From the human T2T-CHM13v2.0 reference genome, Homo sapiens, in assembly GCF_009914755.1 (NCBI RefSeq), contig NC_060931.1: 64,000 bases of DNA. One strand, given 5' to 3'. Below the pieces are notes generated by a model that was given only the letters and a program-made list of their open reading frames with translations, did not search any database and was not told where the DNA came from. Below are positions 24,601 to 37,899 of the stretch, one piece after another. A program made the position numbers and the translations under genes. The number at the start of each line of letters is the position of its first letter. The stretch's first letter is position 1.

Positions 24601-27600
24601 TTTCTTTTTCACATAGGCCTCAATGCGCTCCCAAATATCCCTTCACACATTCTACAACAAAAGTGTTTCCAAACTGCTGTATTACAAGAAAGGTATAACA
24701 ATGTGAGATGAATGGACACATCACAAAGCAGTTTTTCAGTTGGTTTCTTTCTAGTATTTATCCTGGGTTATTCGCCTTTTTGTCATTGTCCTTGAAAAGT
24801 TCCCAAATGTCCTTTCTCTGAATAGGCCAAAGAATATTTCCAAACTGCTGAATCAAAACAAAGCTTAAACTCTGTGAGGTGAATGCACACATCACAAACC
24901 GGTTTCTCAGATAGCTTTCTCCTACTTTTTATCCTGGGATATTCACTTTTTCTTCATTGGCTTCAATGAGCTCCAAAATGTCTGTTTGAAGAATGAACTA
25001 AAACAGTGTATCCAAACTCTGAATGAAAAGGAAGATTTATCTCTGTGAGATGAATGCACACATCACAAAGTGGTTTCTCACATAGCTTCTTTATAGATTT
25101 TATCCTGGGATATTCTCTTTTTTGCCATTGGCCTCAATGAGCTCTCAAATGTCCATTCACAGAATGGACAAAAACAGTGTTTCTCAACTGCTGAATGAAA
25201 AGGAAGATACAAATCTGTGAGGTGAATGCACACATCACAAAACAGTTTCTCAGACAGCTTCCTTCCAGTTTTTATCCTGTTACTTTCTCTTTTTCACCCT
25301 TGGCCTCAATGAGCTAAAATCATCCACACATAGAATGGATAAAAACAGTGTTTTCAAACTGCTGAATCAAAAGAAAGGTTTAACTCTGTGAGATGAATGC
25401 ACAAATCAAAAAGCTGTTTCTCCGATAGCTTCCTTCTAGTGAATATCCTGTAATGTTCACTTTTTTTGTCATTTGCCTCTATGCACTCCAATATATCCTT
25501 TCACAGATTCTCCAAAAACAGTGTTTCCAAACTGCTGAATGAAAAGAGTTTTAACTCTGTGAAATGAATGTGCACATCATAAAGCAGTTCCTCAGATAGC
25601 TTCTTTCTACTTTTCATCCTGGGATACTTGCTTTTTCACCATTGGCCTCAATGATCTCCCAAATCTCCATTCACAGAATAGACAGAAATAGTGTTTCAAA
25701 ACTGCTAAATCAAAATAAACGTTTAACTCTGAGAGAAGAATGCACACGTCATGAAGCAGTTTCTCATATAAGTTCCTTCCAGTTTTTAATCCTGAAATAT
25801 TCACTGTTTCACCATTGGCCTCAATGAGCTCCCAAATGTCCACTTACAGAATGGACAAAAACAGTGTTTCTGAACTGCTGAATCAAAAGAAATGTTTTTC
25901 TCTGCAAGATGAATGCGAGCATCACAAAGTAGTTTGGCAGATGGCTTCCTTCTAGTTTTTATCTTGGGATGTTTACTTTTTCACTATTTGCCTCAATTAG
26001 CTTTCAAATATCCTCTCTCCGAATGGACAAAAATAGTGTTTCCAAACTACTGAATCAAAAGAAAGGTTTAATTGTGTGAGATGAATGGACACATCATAAA
26101 GTGGTTTTTCATATAGATTCCTTCTAGTTTTTACCCTGGGACATTGGCTTTTTCCCCATTGGCCTCAATGAGCTCCCACATGTCCATTCATAGAATGGAC
26201 AAAATAGTGTTTCCAAACTGCTGAATCAAAAGAAAGGTTTAACTCTGTGAGATGAATACACACAACATGAAGCATTTTCTCAGATAGTTTCCTTCCTGTT
26301 TTTATCTGGGAATATTCACTATTTCACTAGTGGCCTCAATGAGCTCCCAAATGTCCATCCACAGAATGGACAAAAAAAGGGTTTCTGAACTGCTGAATCA
26401 AAAGAAAGGTTTTACTCTGCAAGATGAATGTGAATATCACAAGGTGGTTTGGCAGATAGCTTTCTTCTAGTTTTTATCTTGTGATATTCACTTTTTCACT
26501 TTTGGCCTCAATGAGCTCTCAAAAATCCATTCTCCAAGTGGACAAAAACAGTGTTTCCAAAATGCTGAATCAAAAGAAAGGTTTAACTGTGTGAGATGAA
26601 TGGACACATAAAAAACCGGTTTTTCAGATAACTTTCTTCTAGTTTTTATCCTGGGATATTGGCGTTTTCACCATTGGCCTCAATGAGCTCCCAGATATCC
26701 ATTCGCAGAATGGACAAAAACAGTGTTTCCAAACTGGTGAATCAAAAGAAAGGCTTAACTCTGTGATATGAATGCACACATCACAAAGCAATTTCTCAGG
26801 AACCTTCTTTATAGTTTATATCTGAAGATATTTTCTTTTTCACCATAGGCCTTTTTACACTTCCAAATATCCCTTGACAGATTCTACAACAACAGTGTTT
26901 CTGGACTGCACAATGTAAAGAAAGGTTTAAGTCTGTGAGATGAATGTGCACATCACAATGTAGTTTCTCAGATAGTTTCATGCTGGTATTTATCCTGCAA
27001 TATACACTTTTCCCCCATTGGCCTCAATGAGCTCAAAAATGTCCATTTGCTGAATTGAAAAAAACAGTGTGTCCAAACAACTGAATCAAAAGAAAGTTTT
27101 ATTTCTGTAAGATGAATGCACACATCACAAAACAGCTTCACAGAAAGTTTCTTTCTAGCTTTTATCAGAAGATATTTTATTTTTCACCTTATGCCTCAAT
27201 GTGCTCCCAAATATCTCTTCTCAGATTCGACAAAAACAGTCTTTCCAAACTGCTTAAAGAAAATAAAGCTTTAACTCTGCCAGATGAATGCACACTTTGT
27301 AAAGCGGTTTGTCAGATAGCTTAATTGTAGTTTTTTCCTGGGATATTCCCTTTTTACTGTTGGAGTCAGTGAGCACCAAAATGTCCATTCACAGAATGGA
27401 CAAAAGCAGTGTTTCCAAATTGCTGAATCAAAACAAAGTTTAACTCTGTGAGATTAATGCCCACTTCACAAAGAAGTTTTTAAGAAAGCTCCTTTCTAGT
27501 TTTTATCTGAAGATATTTTCTTTTTCACCATAGCCTAAAAGCACTCCCAAATATCCCTTCACAGATTCTACAAAAACAGTTTTTCCAAAGGGCTGAATGA

Positions 27601-28430
27601 AATAAAAGGTTTCAGTCTGCGAGATGAATACACACATCACAAAGCGTTTTCTCAGATAGGTTCCTTCCAGTTTTTAATCCTGGGATTTTCACTTTTCACT
27701 ATTGGCTTCAATCAGCTCCCAAATATCCATTCACAGAATGGACAGAAACAGTGCTTACAAACTGCTGAATCAAAAGAAATGTTTAAATCCATGAAATGAA
27801 TACACACTTCACAAACAGTTTCTCAGATAGCTTCTTTCTATTTTGTACTGAGTGTATTCATTTTGTTGAGTTTAACCTCAATGAGCTCCCAAATGTCCAT
27901 TGGTCAAATGGACAAAAACAGTGTTTCGAAACTGCTGATTCAAAAAAATAGTTTAAGTCTGTGAGATGAATGCACACATCAAACAGCAGTTTCTCAGATA
28001 GTTTACTTCTAGTTTTTATCCTGGGGTATTCCCTTATTCACCATTGGCCTCAATGAACTCCCAAATGTCCATTCTCAGAACGGACAAAAACAGTGCTTCC
28101 AAAGTACTGAATCAAAAGAAAGTTTTAAAACTGTGAGGTGAATATGCACAACACTTAGCAGTTTCTCAGAAAGCTTCTTTCTAGTTTTTATCCTAAAATA
28201 TTTTCTTTATCACCATAGGCCTCAATGCACTCCAATATATGCTGAAGGAAAAGAAACGTTTAACTCTGTGAGATAAATACAGATATCACAGAGTGGTTTC
28301 TCAGATAATTTCTTTCTAGTTTTCATCTGGGGTTATTTCTTTTGTGCCATTTTCCTCAATGAGCTTCCAAATGTCATTTCACAGAATGGACAAAAAGAGT
28401 GTATCCAAACTGCTCAATCAAAAGAAAGAT
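3651..28430 (-). repeat. Alpha satellite block 2 (~143 monomers, reverse orientation, degenerate two-monomer layer)
   Basis: Repeating GTTTAACTCTGTGAGATGAATGCACACATCACAAAG. Two monomer types alternate irregularly: ATCTGAAGATAT/GATTCTACA and ATCCTGGGATAT/GAATGGACA. Interrupted by L1 at 15259-15546. Confidence 0.97.
15259..15546 (+). mobile_element. LINE-1 3' fragment (end of ORF2 plus 3'UTR), L1PA4/5-like
   Basis: GAAACCATCATTCTCAG...TGTTCTCACTCATAGGTG...GGGATAGCATTAGGAGATATAC...TGTATACATATGTAACAAACCTGCAC...CTTAAAGT with a short A-rich tail. No TSD found. Confidence 0.95.
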
Positions 28431-31400
28431 TTGGAAAAACTGTTTTTGTACAATCTGCAAAGGGATATTTGGGAGCACATTGAGTACTATGGTGAAAAAT
28501 AAAATACCTTCAGATAACAACTAGAAAGAAGCTTTCTGAGAAAGTCCTTTGTGATGTGTGCCTTCATGTCACAGAAATAAACCTTTCTATTGATTCAGAA
28601 GTTTGGAAACACACTTATTGTCCATTCTGTGAATGGACATTTGGGAGCACATTGAGGCCAATGGTGAAAAAGTGAATTTCCCATGATAAAATCTAGAAGG
28701 AACTATCTGAGAATCTGCTTTGTGATGTGTGCATTTATCTCACATAGTTAAACTTTTAATTTCATTCAGCAGTTGGGAAACTCTGTTTTTGTAGAATCTG
28801 CAAACAGATATTTGGGAGTGCATTGGGGCCTATGGGGTAAAAGAAAATGTCTGTAGATAAAAACCAGTAAGAAGATTTCTGAGAAACACCTTTGTACTGT
28901 GCCCATTCATCTCACAGAGTTAAACCATTTTTATTAATTCTGGAGTTTGGAAAGACTATTTTTGTCCATTCTGCGAATGGACATTTGGGAGCTCATTGAG
29001 GTCTATGACAGAAAAGGGAATATCCCGGGATAAAAAATAGAAAAAGTTGTCTGAGAAACCACTTTGTGATGTGTGCTTTAATCTCACAGAATTAAGCCTT
29101 TCTTTTGATTCAGCAGTTTGGAAACAATGTTTTTGTCCATTCTGTGAATGGACATTTGGTAGCTTATTGAGGCCAATGGCAAAAAGGCAAATATTCCAGG
29201 ATATTCGCTAGAAGGAAGATATCTCAGAAACCACTTTTTGATGTGTGCATTCATCTTGCAGAGTTAAACCTTTCTTTTGATTCAGCAGTTTGAGAACACT
29301 GTTTTTATCAATTCTGTGAACTGATGTTTTTAGCTCATTGAGGCCAAGGGCAAAAAACAGAATATAACAGGATATAAAGTGGAAGGAATCTATCTGAGAA
29401 ACCACTTGGTGATGTGTGCATTTATCTCGCAGAGTTAAACTTTTCTATTCTTTCAACAGTTTGGAAACACTGTTTTTGTAGAATCTGAAAAACGAAATTT
29501 GGGAGCACACTGAGGACTATAGCAAAAAAGAAAATATCTTCACATAAAAACTAGAAAGAAGCATTCTGAAAACTGCTTTGTGATGTGTGCATTTATCTCA
29601 CAGAGGTAAAACTGTGCTTAGATTCAGCAGTTTTTAAACAATGTTTTGGTAGAATCTGTGAGGGAATGTTTTGCTGAGAATTGAGGACTTTTATGAAAAA
29701 GATAATATCTTCAGATAAACACTATAAAGAAGCTTTCTGAGAAACTGCTTTGTGATGTGTGCATTCGTCTCACAGAGCTAAACCTTTCTTTTCATTCAGC
29801 AGTTGGAAAACTCTGTTTTTGTAGAATATGCAAAGAGATATTTGGGAGTGTTTTTAGCCCTATGGCGAAAAAGGAAATATCTTCAGATAAAAACTAGAAA
29901 GAAGCATTTGAGAAACTGCTTAGTGATATGTCCACTCATCTCACAGAGTTAAAGGTTTCTTACTTTTTTTTTCAGGAGTTTGGAAACACTGTTTTTGTCC
30001 ATTCTTCAGATGGACATTTGGTAGCTCATTGATGCCTGGCAAAAAACAAAATATCCCAGGATAAAAACTAGAAGGAAGCTATATGAGAAGCCATTATGGG
30101 ATGTGTGCATTCACCTTCGAGAGTTAAACCTTTCTTTTCATTCAGCAGTTTGGAAACCCTGTTTCTGTAGAATCTACAAAGGGATGTTGGGAGCACATTG
30201 AGGGTTATGGTAAAAAACAAAATATCTTCAGATTAAAACTAGAAAGAAGCTTTCTGATAAGCTATTTTCTGATGTGTGCATTCATCTCACAGAGTTAAAA
30301 CTTTCTATTGATTCAGCAGTTTGGAAGCACTGTTTTCGACCATTCTGCAAGTGGACGATTGGGAGCTTACTTAGACCAATGGTGAAATAGTGAATATTAC
30401 AGAATAAAACCTGGAAGTAAGCTCTCTGAGAACCTGCTTCATGTTGTGTGCATTCATCTCACAAAGTTAAATATTTCTTTTCATTCAGCAGATAGGAAAC
30501 ACTGTTTTTGTAGTACCTGTGAAGGGATATTTGGGATCACAGTGAGGCCTATGGTGAAAAAGAAAATATCTTCAGATAAAACCCAGAAGGAAGCTTTCTG
30601 AGAAACTGTTGTCTGTTGTGTGTATTCATCTCAGAGATTTAAAACTTTCCTTTGATTCAGCAGTTTGGAAACCCTGTTTTTGTCCATTCTGTGAATGTAC
30701 TTTTTGGAGCTCATTGAAACCAATGGCTAAAAAGCTAAAGTCCCCAGATAAAAACTACAAAATAGCTATCTGAGAAACTGTTCTCTAATGAGTGCATTCA
30801 TCTCAGGGTGTTAAACCATTTTTTTGATTCAGCAGTTTGGAAACACTGTTTTTGTCCATTCTGTGAACACACATTTTGGATCTCATTGAAGCCAATGGCA
30901 AAATAGCAAAAATTCCAGGAGAAAAACTGGAAAGAAACAATCTGAGAAACTGCTTTGTGATGTGAGCATTCATGTCACAGTGTTAAACCTTTCTTTAGAT
31001 TCAGCAGTCTGGAAACACTGTTTTTCTCCATTGTGCATATGGACATTTGGGAAATCTTACAGGCTAATGGCAAAAAAGCCAATATCCCAGGATAAAAAGT
31101 AGAAGAAAGCCATCTGAGAGACCACGATGTGATGTGTGCATTCATCTCACAGAGTTAAATTTTACTTTTCATTCAGCAGGTTGGAAACACTGTTTTTGTC
31201 GAATCTGAGAAAGGATATTTGGGAGAACACTCAGGCCTATTTTGAAAAAGAAAATGTCCAGATAAAAACCAGAAAGAAGCTTTCTGAGAAACTGCCTTTT
31301 GATGTGTGCATTCAAGTCACAGAGTTAAACATTCCTTTTGATTCAGCAGTTTGGAAAAACTGTTTTTGTCCATTCTGTGAATGGAAAATTGGGAACTCAT

Positions 31401-31610
31401 TGAAGCCAATGGCCAAAAAAAAAAAAAATCTCCCAGGATAAAAAATAGAAGGAAGCTAGCTGAGAATCCATTTTGTCATTTGTGGATTCACCTCACAGAG
31501 TTAAACCTTTCAATTCTTTCAGCAGTTTGGAAACACTGTTTTTAAAGATATTTTAAAGTGGATATTTGGGAGCTCATTGATTCCAATGGCAAAAAAGCGA
31601 ATATCCCAGG
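28431..31610 (+). repeat. Alpha satellite block 3 (~18-19 monomers, two-monomer layer)
   Basis: Forward-orientation monomers of both types between the strand switches at ~28430 and ~31610. Confidence 0.96.
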
Positions 31611-33130
31611 GTATCCTTTCTATCTAGTTTTTATCAGAGGATATTCACTTTTTTGCCATTGGCTTCATTGAACTCACAAATAGCCATTTGCAGAATGGAC
31701 AAAAACAGTGTTTCCAACTTGTTGAATCAAAAAAATTATTAACTCTGGACATGAATGTATACATAACAAAACAGTTGTTTTAAACACTTCTTTCTAGTTT
31801 TCATGTGAACATATTTTCTTTTTCACTGTTGGCCTCAATGTGCTCCCAAATATTCCTTCTTAGATTCTACAAAAACAGTGTTTCCACACTGCTGAATCAA
31901 AAGAAAAGTTTAAGTCTGCAAGATGAATGCACACATCACAAAGCGTTTCTCAGATAAATTCATTCTTGTTTTATTCCTGGGATATTTGTTTTTTCCCCAT
32001 TGGCCTCAAAGAGCTCCCTAATATCCATTTGCAGAGTGGACAAAAACGGGTTTCCAAACTGCTGAATCAAAAGCATGTTTTAACTCTGAACATGAATGTA
32101 CACATCATGAAGCAGTTTCTTTGAATTCTTCTTTCTAACGGTTATCTGAAGATATTTTCTTTTTCACCATAGACCTCAATGTGCTCTCAAATATCTCTTC
32201 TCAGAGTCTACAATAACTTTGTATCCAAACAGCTGCATGAGAAGAAAGGTTTAACTCTGCCAGGTGAATGCACACATCACAGGGCGGTTTCTCAGATAGC
32301 TCTCTTCTAGAGATATTCACTTTTTCACCACTGGCCTCAATGAGCTCCCAAATGTGTATTTACAGAATGGACAAAAACGGTGATTACAAACTGCTAAATC
32401 AAAACGAAGATTTAACACTGTGAGATGAATGCACACATCACAAAGTAGTTTCTCAGATAGATTCCTTCTAGTTTTTATCCTGGGATATATGCCTTTTCAC
32501 CTAGTGTCTCATTAAGCTCCCAAATCTCCATTTTCAGAATGGACAAAAACAATGTTTCCAAACTGTTGATTCAAAACAATTGTTTAATTCTGTTAGATGA
32601 ATGCACACATCACAAAGAAATTTCACAGAAAGCTTCATTCTAGTTTTATCTGAAGACATTTTCTTTTTTAACATAAGCCTCAATGAGCTCTCAAATATCC
32701 CCTTGCAGTTTCTCCAAAAACAGTGTTTCAAAACTGCTGAATCAAAAGAAAGTTTTAACTTTGTGACATGAATGCACAAAGCACAAAGCAGTTTCTCAGA
32801 ATGCTTCTTTCTATTTTTTATGTGAAAATATTTTCTGTTTCACCATAAGCCTCAATGCACTCCCAAATATCCCTTTGCAGATTCTACATTAACAGTTTTT
32901 CAAAACTGCTGAATGAAAAGAAAGGTTTAACTCTGTGAGAGTAATGCTCACAACACAATGCGTTTTCTCAGAAAGCTTCCTTCTGGTTTTTATTCTAGGA
33001 TATTTCCTTTTGCCATTGGCCTGAGAGAGAGATATATGCATGTCACACAAAGTGGTTTCTCAGAGAGCTTCCCTCTAGTTTTTATCCTGGGATATTCACT
33101 TTTTCACCATTGGCCTCAATGAGCTCCCAG
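31611..33130 (-). repeat. Alpha satellite block 4 (~9 monomers, inverted)
   Basis: Reverse-orientation monomers (CTAGTTTTTATC, GAATGGACAAAAACAGTGTTTCC) flanked by direct GAATATCCCAGG copies. Confidence 0.96.
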
Positions 33131-36100
33131 GAATATCCCAGGAATGTCCCAGGATAAAAACTAGAAGGAAGCTATCAGAGAAACAGCTTTGTGACGTGTG
33201 TATTCACCTCACAGAGTTAAAACTTTCTTTTCATTCAGCAGTTTGGAAACACTGCTTATGGAGAATCTGAGAGGGGAAATTTGGGAGCCCATTGACACCT
33301 CTGGTGAAAAAGAAATTATCTTCAGATAAAAACGAGAAAGAAGCTTCCTGAAAAACTGCTTTGTGTTGTGTGGATTCATCTCACAGTGTTAAACCTTTCT
33401 TTTGACTGGGCAATCTAGAAAAACTGTTTTTGTCCATTCTGTGAGCAGACATTTGGGAGCTCATTGAGGCCAATGGTGAAAAAGTGAATATCCTGGGAGA
33501 AAAACTGGAAGGAAGCTATCTGAGAAAGTGCTTTGTGATGTGTGCATTCATCTCACAGAGTTAAACTTTTCTTTTGACTCAGCAGTTTGGAAACGCTGTG
33601 TTTGTTCATTCTGTGAATGGATATTTAGGAGCTCATTGAGGCCACTGGCAAAAAAGGGAATATACCAGGATAAAAACTAGAATGAGGCTATCTGATAAAC
33701 CACTTTGTAATGTGTGCATTCAACACAGAGAGTTAAACCTTTCTTTTCATTCAGCAGTGTGGAAACCCTGTTTTTGTAGAACCTGCGAATGGATATTTGG
33801 GAGCCCATTGAGGCCTATGGTGAACAAGAAAAAATCTTCAGATAAAAACTAGAAAGAGACATTCTGAGAAACAGCTTTGTTTTGTGTGCATTCATCTCAC
33901 AGAGTTAAACATTTACTTTGATTCAGCAGTTTGGAAATCCTGCTTTTGTAGAATCTACCAAGAGACACTTTGGAGCACATAGAAGACTATGGTGAAAAAG
34001 AATATATCTTCATATAAAACTAGAAAGAAACTTTCTGAGAAACTGTTTTGTGATGCAGGCATTCATCTCAGAGGGTTAAACTTTTCTTTTGTGTGAGTAG
34101 TTTGGAAACCTGTTTTTGTCCAATCATCAAATGTACATTTGAGAGCTCAATAAGTGTAATGGTGTAAAAGCAAATATGCCAGGATAAAAACTAGAAGGAT
34201 GATATTTGAGAAACCGCTTTGTGATGTGTGCATTCATCTCGCAGAGTAAACCTTTCTTTTGACTGAGCAGTTTGGAAACACTGTTTTTTGTCCATTCTGT
34301 GAATGGACATTTGGGAGCTCATTGAGGTCAATGGCACAAAAGTGAATATCCCAGGATAAAAACTGGAAGGAAGCTATCTGAGAAGCTACTGTGTGATGTG
34401 TGCATTAATCTTCCCGTGTTAAAACTTTCTTTTGATTCAGCTGTTTGGAAACACTGTTTTTGTGGTTCTTCAAATGGATATTTGGGAGCTCATTGAGGCC
34501 AATGGCTAAAAAGCAAATATCCCAGGAAAAAAACTGGAAGGAAATTATCTGAGAATCTGCTGTACGATGGGTGCATTCATCTCACAGAGGTAAAACTTTC
34601 ATTTCATTTTGCAGTTTTGAAATGCTATTTTTGTAGAATCTGTGACGGGATATTTGGGAGCACTTTCAGGCCAATGGTGAAAATGCAAATATCATCAGAT
34701 AAAACTCTAAAGAAATTTTCTGAGAAAATGCTTTGTGGTGTGCACATTCATCTCACAGAGCTAAAACTTTGTTTTGATTCAGCAGTTTGGAAACACTGTT
34801 TTTCTCCATTCTGCAAATGGACAGTTGGGAGCTCATTGAGGCTAATGGCTAAAAAAGTAAATGTCACAGGATAATAACTAGAAGGAAGCTATTTGAGAAA
34901 CTGCTTTGTGATGTATACATTCATCTCACAGAGTTAAATCTTTCTTTTCATTCAGCATTTTGGGACAATGTTTCTGTAGAGTCTGCGAAGAGATATTTGG
35001 GAGCACATTGATGCCTATGGAGAAAAAGAAAATATCTTCAGATAATATCTAGAAAGAGGCTTTCTGAGGACCTGCTTTGTGATGTGTGCATTCAACTCAC
35101 AGAGTTAAACCTTTCTTTTGATTCAGCTGTTTGGAGACACTGTTTTTCTCCATTCTGTGAAGGGACATTTGGGAGCTCATCGAGAGCAGTGGCAAAAAAC
35201 AGAATATCCCACGATAAAAACAGGAGGGAAACTTTCTGAGAAACTGCTTTGTGGTGTCTCCATTGATCTCACAGAGTTAAACCTTTCTTTTGATTCAGGA
35301 GTTTTGAAATACTGTTTTTCTCCATTCTGTGAATGAACATTTAGGAGCTCTTTGAGGCCTGGGGTGAAAAAGGGAATATCCCAGGATAAAAACAGGAGGG
35401 AAACTTTCTGAGAAACTGTTGTGTGATGCATGCATTCGCCACACAGAGTTAAACTTTTCTTTTCCTTCAGCAGTTTGGAAATATTGTTTTTGTAGGAACT
35501 GCAAAAAAAATATTTGGGTGCATATTGAGGCTTATGGTGAAAAAGAAAATATCTTCAGATAAAATCTAAGAAGAAGCTTTCTGAGAAACTGCTTTGTGAT
35601 GTGTGCATTCATCTCACAGAGTTAAACCTTTCTTTTGATTCAGCTGTTTGGAAGCACCGTTATTGTCCATTCTGCAAATGGAGCTCATTGAGGCTCATTG
35701 AGGCCCATGGCAAAAAAATAAATGTCGCAGGATAACTAGAACGAGGCTATTTGAGAAATCGCTTTGTGATATATGCATTCACTCACAGAGTTAAATTTTT
35801 CTTTTCATTCAGCATTTTGAAAACATATTTTTGTAGAGTCTTCGAAGAGATATTTGGGAGCACGTTGATGCCTATGGAGAAAAAGAAAATACCTTCAGAT
35901 AAAATCTAGAAAGAGGCTTTCTGAGAACCAGCTTTGTGATGTGTGCATTCATCTCACAGACTTAAACCTTTCTTTTGAATCAGCTGTTTGTAAACACTGT
36001 TTTTTTTTTTCATTCTGCAAATGGATATTTTGGAGCTCTTTGAGGCCAATGAGGAAAAAGAGAACATCCCAGGATAAAAACCAGAAGGAAGAAATCAGAG

Positions 36101-37400
36101 AAACTGCTTTGTGATGTGTGCATTCATTTCACAGATTTAAACGTTTCTTTTGATTCAGCAGTTTGGAAACACTGTTTTTTTCCCCTTCTGCAAATGGACG
36201 TTTGGGAGCTCATTGTGGCTAATGATGAAAAAGCAAATATCCCATGATAAAAACTTCAAAGAAGCTATCTCAGAAACTGCTTTGTTATGTGCACATTTGT
36301 CTCAGAGTTTTAATCATTACTTTTGATCAACTTTTTTGGAAACACTGTTTTTGTACATTCTGCCAATGGACATTTGGGAGATTGTTGAGGCCAATGGTGT
36401 AGAAGAAAATATCTTCAAATGAAAATTAGAAGGAAGTTTCAGAGAAACTGCTTTGTGATGTCTCCATTCATCTCACAGCGTTAAACATCTGTTTTGATTC
36501 AGGAGTTTTGGAGCACTGTTTTTCTCCATTCTGTGAAGGGACACTTGGGAGATCATTGAGGCCAGTGGCAAAAAAGAGAATATCCCAGGATAAAAACAGG
36601 AGGGAAGCTTTCTGAGAAGCTGTTGTGTGATGTGTGCATTCACATCAGAGAGTTAAACTTTTCTTTTCATTCAGCAGCTTGGAAATATTGTTTTTGTTGA
36701 AACTGCAAAAAAAAAAATTTGGGTGCACCAGAAGGAAGCAATCTGAGAAACAGCTTTATGAAGTGTTCATTTACCTCCCATATTTAAATCTGTCTTTTAA
36801 TTCAGTGGTTTGGAAACATTGTTTCTGTCCCTTCTGTGAATGGACATTTGGGAGCTCATTGAAGCCAATGGCAAAAAAGTGAATGTCCCAGGTTAAAAAT
36901 GAGAAAGAAGCAAACTGAGAAATCACTTTGCAATGTGTGCATTCATCTCACAGAGTTAAACCTTTCTTTTGATTCAGCAGTTTGGAAATACTGTTTTAGT
37001 CCACTGTGAAAATAAACATTTTGGACATCATTGAGGCCAAGGTAGAAAAAAGGAATATCCTAGGATAAAAACTGGAAGGAAGCTATCTGGGAAACCTCTT
37101 TGAGATGTGTGCTTTCATCTTGCTGACTTAAACATGTCTTTTGTTTGAGTAGTTTGCAAACACTCTTTTTGTCCATTCTACAAATAGACTTTTGGAACTC
37201 CTTGAGGTCAATGGCAAAAAAGGACTACCTAAGGGTGAAAACGAGAAGGAAGCTATGTGAGAAATTGCTTTGTGTTGTGTACATTCATCTGGCAGAGTTA
37301 AACATTTCTTTTCATTCACTGTTTGGAAACACTGTTTGTGCAGGAGCTGCTAAGGGATATTTGAAAGCACATTGAAGCCTATGGAGAAAAAGAAAATAAC
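33131..37400 (+). repeat. Alpha satellite block 5a (two-monomer layer)
   Basis: Forward monomers with TTCAGCAG. Both the GTCCATTC and GTAGAATC types are present. The right boundary is approximate. Confidence 0.92.
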
Positions 37401-37882
37401 TTCAATTAAAAATAAGACAGAAGCTTGCTGAGTAAGTGCTTTATTATATGTGCAGTCATCTCATAGAGGTAAACCTTTATTTTGATTGAGTAGTTTGGAA
37501 ACACTGTCTTTGCAGAATCTGGGAAGGAAAGAGAACATTGAGGCATATGGAGGAAAATGAAATATCTTAAGATACAAACTAGAAAGAAGTTTTCTGAGAA
37601 ACTGTTTTGTGGTGTGTGCATTCATCTCATAAAGTTAAACCTTTCTTTTGAATGAGCAGTTTGGAAACGCTGTCTTTGCAGAATCTGGGAAGGGAAGAGA
37701 ACATTGAGGCATAGGGAGGAAAAGGAAATATCTTAAGGTACAAACTAGAAAGAATTTTTCTGAGAAACTTTTTTGTGGTGTGTGCATTCATCTCATATAG
37801 TTAAACCTTTCTTTTGAATAAGCAGTTTGGAAACACTGTTTTTGCAGAATCTGCAAAGGGATATTTGGGAGCACATTGAGGC

Positions 37883-37899
37883 CTATGGTGAAAAAGGAA
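37883..37899 (+). promoter_or_regulatory. pJalpha box (representative copy; many in 37.4-48.2 kb and 59.9-64 kb)
   Basis: CTATGGTGAAAAAGGAA matches CTAYGGTGRAAAAGGAA at the monomer position where B-type monomers carry the CENP-B box. Confidence 0.75.
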
